DNA from: Eledone cirrhosa
Lineage: Eukaryota
Reading direction: 5' to 3'
NCBI GenBank assembly: GCA_964016885.1
Contig: OZ024742.1
Location: 151,218,001 to 151,282,000 of the forward strand
Length of the DNA stretch: 64,000 nucleotides
A model generated the notes under the pieces. The model did no database searches. It saw only the letters and a list, made by a program, of their open reading frames with translations, and was not told the DNA's origin. Within the stretch, counting starts at the first letter, position 1; each line of letters begins with the position of its first letter. Made by a program: the position numbers and the translations under genes. Shown one piece after another: positions 1-64,000 of the stretch.

Positions 1-46
1 GATTACACTTATTGTATTTAGCCATGTAGAGCGAAGTTTTGTTTTT

Positions 47-70
47 TTACACACACACACACACACACAT

Positions 71-146
<76 letters not shown>

Positions 147-187
147 CGCGCGGGTGTGCGCGTGGGTGTGTCTCTCTCTCTCTCTCC
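47..187. repeat. Compound (CA)n/(TG)n/(CT)n microsatellite
   Basis: Directly visible. Confidence 0.95.
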
Positions 188-689
188 ATCGGGCGGGCTT
201 CAAATCAGTTTTCGTCAGCCCAATTTCACTCACGAGGCACGAGTTGACCAGAGGCGAGAGCAAATTACACATTCCAAGAGGCTACACAATGGGATCCAGG
301 GATTGCGAAACGAAACTGTTAATCATTCGGCCATAGTTCATCCAATAAACATTGTATCATATAAATAATACACTTCAGGAACATGGAATCTGGTGTACAA
401 ATTTCGTGGCAAAGCAATTTGTCCATAAGTAGATTCCAAAGGTAGATTCCAAAGGTAGATTCCATGACTATTTGAGGTAGTTTCCTGTCTGATCAAACTA
501 TCATGGCATCAAATATGACCCAGAGGAACATTTTAAAAGAGACGGAAAAAAACAACAGACACTTCAAACAAGTTAGATAAAAGGAAAGGTAAGGTATGAC
601 AGTCAGATACTTCAATCAGGTGAGATAACAGGTGAGTTAATCAGATACTTCAATCAAGTGGGATGACAGGTAAGGTATAGTAGTCACAA

Positions 690-1168
690 TATAGAGATGT
701 GTGGTACATTGTGGGGAGATGTAGTAGATTGTAAAGCGGTGTGGTAGATTGTAGGTGTGGTAGATTGTAGAGAGGTGTGGTAGATTGTAAAGAGGTATGG
801 TAGTGTGTAAAGTGGTGTGGTAGACTGGGGTGAGGTGTGGTAGTAGGTAGAGAGGTGTGGTAGATTGTAGAGAGGTGTAGTAGTATGTAGAGAGGTGTGG
901 TAGTATGTAGAGAGCTGTGGTAGAATGTAGAGAGGTGTGGTAGATTCTAGAGAGGTGTGGTAGATTGTAGAGAGGTGTGGAATATTGGGGTGAGGTGTGG
1001 TAGTAGGTGGAGAGGTGTGGTAGAATGTAGAGAGGTGTGGTAGTGTGTAAAAAGGTGTGGTAGTATGTAGAGAGGTGTGGTAGTATGTAGAGAGGTGTGG
1101 TAGATTGTAGAGGATTGTGGTAGATTGTAGAGAGGTGTGGTATTATGTAGAGAGGTGTAGTAGAATGT
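690..1168. repeat. Minisatellite, ~20-bp unit GTAGAGAGGTGTGGTAGATT
   Basis: More than 20 imperfect tandem copies visible. Confidence 0.92.
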
Positions 1169-1169
1169 C

Positions 1170-1705
1170 AATATTATCACTAAAGTCCACTGTGTCCGGT
1201 CTACCACTACTTTACACCACTCGGGCAAATTGTTGTCGAAAATTGAATACATCTGATAAGTGGCCACTGCTAAAAATCGAACAGCACGTGCTGACATGGT
1301 CCGACAAACATCAAATCAGCGCAAACGTTTGGATGTCATGAATCTGCCTCCAGGTTTATTGAGTGGGTTTCGCAAGCGATCGTGGGTTGATAAAGAGAAT
1401 GCGACACAATGATAAGCAAAGGCTGGCCTTCACTCTCGCAAGGCCCCACTGGGCGTCTAGATGGACGGGAAAGGTGTCATCCACTACGAGCTGTTCCCAC
1501 CGAAAACCAACATAACCTCTGACGTATATTGCCAACAACTTGACAGATTAACGGCAACATTCGCACAGATGCACCCATAACTTAATCACGTTCGATTCTT
1601 TCATGTTTCATGATATAACGCTCGGCCGCCTACTTCAAGTATGACTTGCGAGAAGCTGTTAGAGTTAGATTGGGAGGTTCTGCCCCATCTGCCATATTCG
1701 GCAAT
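1170..1705 (+). mobile_element. Degenerate mariner (Tc1/mariner) transposase remnant with a short inverted C-terminal piece
   Basis: + strand frames give D.KW, GKGVIHYELF...TSDVYCQQLDRL, NARP and EVLPHLPYS. The - strand at 1170-1245 gives LPEWCKVVVD (mariner C-terminus). Frameshifted. Confidence 0.75.
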
Positions 1706-2023
1706 GCGCAATGGAATGTAGCAAAATTTCTAGTATCAACAAACACCAAAGTCAATACAAGATGTTTAATTTGGGGAGGAGGCATAGTTGATTATACCCA
1801 CTCCAGTATTAGATTTGTGATTGACTCGACATGACTGTAGAAAAAGTTAATCTCGATAATAGTGCTGACTGATTTTAGATAACTAGTCGGAATTGTAATG
1901 TACTTGCATATCTGGTTTTAAATTCACTATAAGCTAGATAGTGTATCAGCAAATTTCAAGATAATGTAGATGTTCAGGAATAGATATGACGTGTAGATAA
2001 AGACTAGACTTACTCATAATTAG

Positions 2024-2103
2024 TTTCAAGAAGATATCCATTCAGAGCAACAAACGACACAAGCGAGTGACGAGCTCTTTATTGCCAGCAACAGCATGGA
2101 ATG
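2024..2103 (+). CDS. Candidate upstream exon of the M13 gene (cytoplasmic tail, ...ASNSMEC)
   Basis: Open frame ends ATG GAA TG|GTCAGT. The phase-2 donor fits the phase-2 acceptor at 7529. No conserved motif; the acceptor or start is uncertain. Confidence 0.3.
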
Positions 2104-2852
2104 GTCAGTGTTTGTTTATATTTTCTATTGACTCAAAAAATTAACATACAAAACAACAACAACAATAACAACATCAACAACAACAAAAAAATGGACCATA
2201 CCATTTTTCTTTCAATGTTTTTAAAGAATTTTTTATAGTGTTATAAACTGATTTATTCGGAGTAGTGGTCTCATTGGGCGCTGAAATGGCAGAGTCGTTA
2301 TAATTTCACATAGAATGCTCTGTGAAATTCATTCAAGCTGTCTACGCTCTGATTTCAAATCCTGCCGTAGTTCAACTTTGCCTTTCATCCGTATGAAGTC
2401 GATAAATAAAGTACCAGTCCAGTACTATGGTCGATTGCAGTACGTACTTCCAAATCATACTCGCTTGCGAGTAACGGCTGTAGTTTTATTATTATCATTA
2501 CTAGATGCCCCTATGTCGTTAAAATCACTTCTAATTGTAGTATTTTAGATATAAAAAAAAGGTACAAAAAGTTTTTAGTTTATATATAACCAAGATAATA
2601 TCTTCATGTGCATATATGTATACATTTATATCTATGAGTATACAAATATAAACGCATAAACACGTATACACTCACACAAGTATAAATATATCCACACATA
2701 CACTCACACAAGTGATATAATCACATATACTCACACAAATGATATAAACACACATATACAATTACACAAACACATACACTCACACAAGTATAAATATATT
2801 CACACAAACACACATACACTTATATATATACACTCACACAAACACTAACACA

Positions 2853-3215
2853 ATAATTGATTCTATGTTTGGCACAAGGCCAGCAAATTACCCAGTGCAT
2901 TACTGGTACGTTATTTTATCGATCCCGTAAGGATGAAAGGCAAAGTTAACCTCGACGGGATTTGAACTCAGAATGGCAAGGGCCGTAACTCTATGCGTCA
3001 AAGCATGGCGTCGACCCTCTACCGATACTGCCAATCGACCGCCCTCTAACACAATAATTGTTTCTACTTTTGGCACAAGGCCAACAATAACCCAGTATAT
3101 TACTGGTACTTTATTTTATCGACCCCGTAAGAACGAAAGGCAAAGTTAACCTCGGCGGGATTTGAACTCAGATCGTAACTACGCTGGAAAGCATGTCTGA
3201 CCCTCTAATAGCCAA
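2853..3215 (-). mobile_element. Two tandem tRNA-derived SINEs (Nin-domain type)
   Basis: Reverse complement of GAGTTCAAATCCCGCCGAGGTTAACTTTGCCTTTCATCCTTACGGGGTCGATAAAATAAAGTACCAG, with a B-box-like GAGTTCAAATC. Confidence 0.85.
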
Positions 3216-3377
3216 TGTGTGTAGCAAATTCGCTACACATACACACATAAGTGTAACGAAGTTTAGAACGCTGGTTGCTGTCTTCTTTAGTTTGTCACCA
3301 CCCCTTTCTTCGTCAGTCATCACATAGATGAGTTACTTCCCTTCGATAGCGTGACAAACACACGTCGGCTATTATTG

Positions 3378-3915
3378 TGGCAGTATCGGTAGAGGGTCGG
3401 ACACCATGCTTTGCAAGCAAAGAGTTACGGCTCTTTATGGTCTGAGTTCAAATCCCGCCGAGGTTGACTTTGCCTTTCATCCTTACGGGGTCGATAAAAT
3501 AAAGTACCAGTAATGCACTGGGATAATTGCTGGCCTTGTGCCAAATATAGAAACAATTATTGGATTGGCAGTATCGGTAGAGGGTCGGACGCCATGCTTT
3601 GACGTATAGAGTTACGGCCCTTGCCATTCTGAGTTCAAATCCCGCCAAGGTTAACTTTGCCTTTCATCCTTACGGGGTCGATAAAATAAAGTACCAGTAA
3701 TGCACTGGATAATTGCTGGCCTTGTGCCAAAAGTAGAAACAATTATTTAAAGGGGCGGTGGATTGGCAGTATCGGTAGAGGATCGGACACTATGCTTTGA
3801 CGCATAGAGTTACAGCCCTTTCCAATCTGAGTTCAAATCCCGCCGAGGTTAACTTTGCCTTTCATCCTTACGGGATCGATAAAATAAAGTACCAGTAATG
3901 CACTGGGTAATTGCT
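3378..3915 (+). mobile_element. Three tandem copies of the same tRNA-derived SINE
   Basis: Same consensus repeated three times at ~190-bp spacing. Other copies at ~2280(+), 9140(-), 9690(-), 26290(-), 44070(+), 44830(-), 49980(+), 57370(+), 59140(-), 60380(-), 63443(+). Confidence 0.9.
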
Positions 3916-4199
3916 GGGTGTGGGTGAGAGTGGCATGTGTGTATGTATGTGTGTATGGAGTTATGTGTATGTGTGTGTAGAAAGCGTAGTGGACATGCGA
4001 GGAAGTAATGTCGGTGTGGGAGTGAGTGTATATACTAGTGTGTGTGTTTTTAGGGTGTAAGGGTGGTTAAGGTGAAGGAAAGGATGGTTGGGTGAGGGGG
4101 TTAGTTGTATTAGTGGGGTGGTGAGGTATAGGTGTGTGTGGGTAGAAGTTAGTGGTGATAGTAAGGGGAGGTGACGGGTAGGGGGTAGTCAGTCGGGGG

Positions 4200-4620
4200 C
4201 TAAACAAAGAGGGGTGGTGAGTTAAAACCGGGGCGGTGCACGTCTGTAATTGGAAGATGGTACTTTGTTCAGCCCTAAGTCGGGCATCGGGGGCTTCCTG
4301 GGCACACAATTAAGCCGCAGATGGTCAAGTTGCGAGCGGAGAGTCCGACTGAGAAGTGTCGGGCAATGGGGGAACACGAGTCGAGGCGGATGTCGCGGGG
4401 GTGCTCGGAGAACCGGTCAGCCAGACAGCGTCTGGTCTGTCCGACATAGGTCGCACCGCACTCAGTGCAGCGAAAGGAATGCCGGACAGAGAGGCCATTG
4501 GGTGCCTGGAAGGTAGGGATGTTGGTGACCTGATGGCATGTGTGGCAGCGAGGTCGGGAGCAGGGAAGGGATCCGGGGAGGAACGGTGTTTGGGTATAGG
4601 GAGCTGCGGATGAAGAGGTT
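4200..4620 (-). mobile_element. Penelope-like element remnant: GIY-YIG endonuclease
   Basis: ORF 4275..4820 contains CSRPRCHTC...CTECGATYVGQTRRCLADRFSEH...SPIARHF, the PLE GIY-YIG with its upstream cysteine motif. Confidence 0.85.
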
Positions 4621-4880
4621 GTGGAGTTTGCGTACGCATTTGAAGGAGGGGTGAGTGGGAGTGGGAAGATGATCTGACTGGAGGCGTCGGAAGAGGCGTA
4701 GGATGGTTCGTTGGAAGGGTAGGGTGGTGGGGTGGTAGGTGAGGGGGAAAATATATATATATTTATAAACCGACTCACTGAATACACACGTGTGTTTTTT
4801 TTCTCATTTTTTTTCCTCATTTGTTCCGGCCCTTCCTTTTCTCACGCTATCTTTCTATTTCAACTTTTATCTCTTATTCT

Positions 4881-4917
4881 ATCTTCTGATGAAGGACTAG
4901 TGTCCGAAACATTAAGA
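4881..4917 (+). ncRNA. Minimal type I hammerhead ribozyme in a Penelope pseudo-LTR
   Basis: UCUU-CUGAUGA-A-GGAC-UAGU-GUCC-GAAAC-AUU-AAGA: intact core, 4-bp stem II, 4-bp stem I (UCUU/AAGA). Confidence 0.75.
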
Positions 4918-5009
4918 CACTTTTCCTGTTATTTCAAGCGTTAAACTAATATATTTCTTCTGTGTACTATGCCGTTTGCTTTGTCATTTCTGTTTACTGT
5001 TTACATGCA

Positions 5010-6690
5010 CATGTCGACGGCTGAAGACTGAGTTCTGTGTCTATCGAGTATCGTTACACCAAAGACCTCTCAGAAAAACCCCATTTCGGCCGCTTGGATT
5101 CGCGCTCGTATTATTTCCATGACCATAGTTAAGGGTTAGCACGAATACCGAATTGAAGATAGTGAGTTTGACTTTTACACCTACTTTTGATTACCGGATG
5201 TTTAAAGCTGGAACATTACTGCACCAGCTCCTGCAATTCTTGCACTTAATTCAGTCTCCTGCCTTCCATCACTCATGAGCACGGCCCCGGGATACTTGAA
5301 CTTCTCCACCTGATTCAGTGGAACTCCATTCACATTTAGCGTGCACTGCGCAGGCTTCCTTTTGAGGATGAGTGTCTCAGTCTTAGCAACACTATCAAGT
5401 GTATGTCAGAGATTATTTCTGACGAGTTAAGTAATACCATGCCGTCTGCAAATTCAAACCGACTGATTCTACACCCACCAGTCCTGATACCATTTCCAAC
5501 CCGATTGCACAAGTCAATCATCTTCATGAAGATTTTGAAGAGGAGTGGTGACAGTGAATACCATTAGCGGAGTCCGACTCCCACATTGACTGCTTTCGAT
5601 TTAGTACCATTTATCCGAACACATACTACGGCATTCGAATAGAGACTTCAGGGCAACAAGAAGCTGTCCTTCGGTCCATACTCCTGCAGAACCTTTCATA
5701 GCAGGTCCCATGGAATGCGGTCATACGCCTTTTCGAGGCCTACGAAGCAAGCGCACACCCCTTGGCAGTACTCCTACGATTTCTCTGTATAAGTGGAGTA
5801 ACCTCTCATCTCCCTTTTTGAAAATTGTGTTATCACTCTCGATTGCCATTGGTTAGGGGCCTCTCCAGAGATCCAGACCACCCGACACACACAAGTCAGC
5901 CAGAGAACACCTTCTCTATTTAAGGCTTTTAAGGTTTCAGGCCAAATTACACCTTCCTCGGCGGCCTTATCACATTTGAGCTCTTTAACTGCTCTTGTGA
6001 CTTCAGCCTTCAAGAGATGAGTCACCACTTCCAAATGTACCTCGTGTATATCAGAAATTGTTGTTGTGATCGGGTTTAGGAGATCAGCAAAGTATTCTCC
6101 CCACCTCGTGAGGATGCACCTCTCTGAAAAGAGAGATAAGAACCCCAGAGGCGTTCCTGATAGCAAATGTAGAAAAGGACTTCTTATTACGAAGTTGACC
6201 AGAACACTTTTTTTTGTTGACCTGAAGTCGGATTCCAACCTAACCTCAAAGTCTTCCCATCTTAACTTTGGACGCCATCACTGTATGTGCTGCGACTTTT
6301 CACGCCTGTTTGTATCGCAAGAGCAAGAAGGACTTATTTCAAAGCCAAACTTTGCTCGGATGGTATCTTTGACCTCTTGTTTGAACCAGAGGGTTTTCAT
6401 ACCACCCTGTGTCACACCAAGCCGCTTTCGACCGCAGCATTTAACAGCTGAGTTTGTTCAGGGAATTTTGAATTAATTTAGATGCAATAGTATCCGCGTA
6501 CATATCCATGACTTCCTTATTTGCCTACGCTTCCCACTTTATCCTATAGGTTGACTTGAACCTGCCAGTTTAGTGAGCTTCCTTGGCTTTAAGTAGTCTC
6601 AGGCTGCAGATAAGTAGATGGTGACCAGTTGACAGCTCAGCCCTTCTCTTAACATGAACATCCAGTACAGAATCGAAGAGATCAGAGACA
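5010..6690 (-). mobile_element. Degenerate RTE-type LINE fragment (APE end to RT)
   Basis: RWGEYFADLLNP, EVTRAVKELK.DKA.....I.PE.LK and FEFADGMVLL, with frameshifts. Confidence 0.75.
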
Positions 6691-7528
6691 ATAAAAATAT
6701 TAATTGTTAATCCCTGTCTTATACCATGCTGAACTTTAAAAATATGAAAGTATTTTTTTTAGACTTTCATTATAGTATTCTGCCGTCCATTACTGTTTTC
6801 ATTTACTGAATCTGTACTTGTAGCGAACGTAATAGCATTTCTACAACAATAAATAATTTCACCAACATCATTGCGTATGTAGGTTTTCATAAAAAAACTA
6901 TACTGTAGTTATGCTCTTCCTTCCTAGCGTTTAAAGGTATGGACCCATAACTCTTGATATGGTCGTAGGGGCGTCGTCATGAGATACGGCGTCTTCGGCA
7001 CTTTAAATCTGGCGGAGCCCATCCCCTCTTCAGATCCTAACGCAGTTAATCTCTTCTGAGGAAGGAGAGAGTGAGACAGTAAGAAAGAAATAACGAAAAA
7101 GAATCGTCTCCCCAGTACGTGACTAGTACTTTTTTTCCGACGTCGAAAGTTGATCTCAGTGGCATTTGAACTCAGAGAGCTGGCACGAATACCGCAAATT
7201 ATTCTATCCGACACTCAAATGCCTCTGCCAATTCGACACACATTACTTTTATTGACAAATTCAATTTATATAATGAATAGAATTATGTAGATGTATACAG
7301 AACTAAACACACAAAAAGGGGGGGGGGGGAGAAGACTCGCACACACAATCACAAACCACAACAATGGGGATTGATGCACCCCTCTAATAATCTTTGCGGC
7401 AAGTCAAAACACTCGCAGCATGAAGGCGTGGCTAAGACATTGGAATAACCAAGCACTTTTGGGCATTTATTTTATAGTTCTATTCACTTATAATTTGTAG
7501 AAATTTTAATATATTTTTATATTTCCAG

Positions 7529-62829
<55,301 letters not shown>

Positions 62830-62864
62830 GTTGTAAATGTTCTTTTTGACCTATTCTGTTAGAG

Positions 62865-63196
62865 CAGAGGTTCTCAGAGTGGGCGCTACTCCCTCCTCCC
62901 ATGAGGGGCTTTAGAAGGTCCAGGGGACGCTAGGGCCCAAGGGGGTAGTGGTGGGGCGGTAGAGATGATATAATGGTGTATTAAATATCAAATGTTACAT
63001 ATTATATATAAATATAGTAAAATAAAAAAATGTATAATATTTATTTATACAAGTATATATTATATTATATCATATATTATATATAAATTAACGGTTTTAT
63101 TTATTATATATTATTTACAATTTGTGTGCCGGAAATAGGGTTGTGTGTGGAAATAGGGTTGGGGGCGCGGTGGCCACAACAGTTCGAGAACCTCTG
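62865..63196. mobile_element. hAT (Charlie-type) MITE
   Basis: TIRs CAGAGGTTCTC / GAGAACCTCTG with an exact 8-bp TSD TGTTAGAG (62857-62864 and 63197-63204). Confidence 0.9.
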
Positions 63197-64000
63197 TGTT
63201 AGAGTTAGAATCGTTAGAGTGTCGGACAAAGACAGCAATAGAATTTATAGATTTCCACTTGAAATGACATTTGATAGTATTTATATCTTTCAAATGAAGA
63301 TGAAATTGAACAACCAGTTGCAATGACTTTTAACTATGTGGGTTAACATTCTGTCATTGAAATTTTAGGCCTACAATTTGCAGTAGATCTCAAATTAGCC
63401 AGTTCATTAATTAAAATTTTTTTTTTAATATTTCATTAAAAAGGGCGGTGGATTGGCAGTATCGGTCGAGTCGGACACCATGCTTTGCAGCATAGAGTTA
63501 TGGTCCTTTACAATCTGAGTTCAAATCCCGCCGAGGTTAACTTTGCCTTTCATCCTTACGGGGTCGATAAAATAAAGCACCAATAATGCACTGGGGTCGA
63601 TTTAATCGACTTTCCCCTCACCCAAAATTACTGGCCTTGTGCCTATATTAGAAATCATCTTTTAATATTTCATAAGGTTTATTCAAATATTGAATATATA
63701 CAGGCAAATAAAAACAGTACTCACAACACAAAGTAGAGTTACATTGAATATTCAAGTGTCATTTGTGGTTATGAAAACAGAAAAGGATGGGAATGGTAAG
63801 GCTTCTAGTGTTACAAGAATGGGGAGAGGGAAGCGGGAGGGTAATGGGCTATGGGCCTAGGGCGTAGTGTTATTGAGGCTGAGCCCCACAGACAAGACTA
63901 CAAAATCATTCCCATGGACAATGGCCGGCGACACCCGCTACAACAGCCACCCCACCACATGGGGTTCATCAAATTAACGTATAAGTGGCTGAACGTGTAT

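Noticed and set aside
39-368. Low-complexity ORFs (VCVC, YIYI, ERER, LSLS) here and throughout the track
   Set aside because: They are translations of microsatellites.
690-1168. Regular short repeats resembling a CRISPR array
   Set aside because: Contiguous 20-bp units without unique spacers, in a eukaryotic context with no cas genes; this is a minisatellite.
3378-3470. tRNA-like A/B boxes (also at 26770, 52200-52285 and other SINE heads)
   Set aside because: No complete cloverleaf, and each continues into a SINE body.

Overview
This is repeat-rich animal genomic DNA. The (TA)n/(TATG)n microsatellites, tRNA-derived Nin-type SINEs and RTE/Dong/Tx1/Penelope retroelements suggest a coleoid cephalopod such as Octopus (inference). 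One host gene, almost invisible in the ORF track, spans the window on the + strand. It is a divergent M13 (neprilysin/ECE-like) type II membrane peptidase. I reconstructed 11 phase-consistent exons (7529-62829, ~402 codons, one GC-AG intron); the catalytic HExxH half must lie beyond the right edge. The introns hold decayed retroelements: two Tx1-clade LINEs, four RTE copies with a PHD finger inside ORF2, a BovB-like RTE with three C2H2 fingers, R4/Dong RLE LINEs, non-autonomous RTE derivatives stacked in a (TATG)n tract, CRE, Penelope and mariner remnants, and MITEs. The most striking unannotated signal is about a dozen minimal hammerhead-ribozyme motifs of several unrelated sequence families. 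Several sit in the arms of long tail-outward inverted repeats, and two form a 452-nt direct tandem with retrozyme-like architecture. No CRISPR arrays, rRNA or genuine tRNA genes were found. All calls were made by eye; no searches or folding were run.
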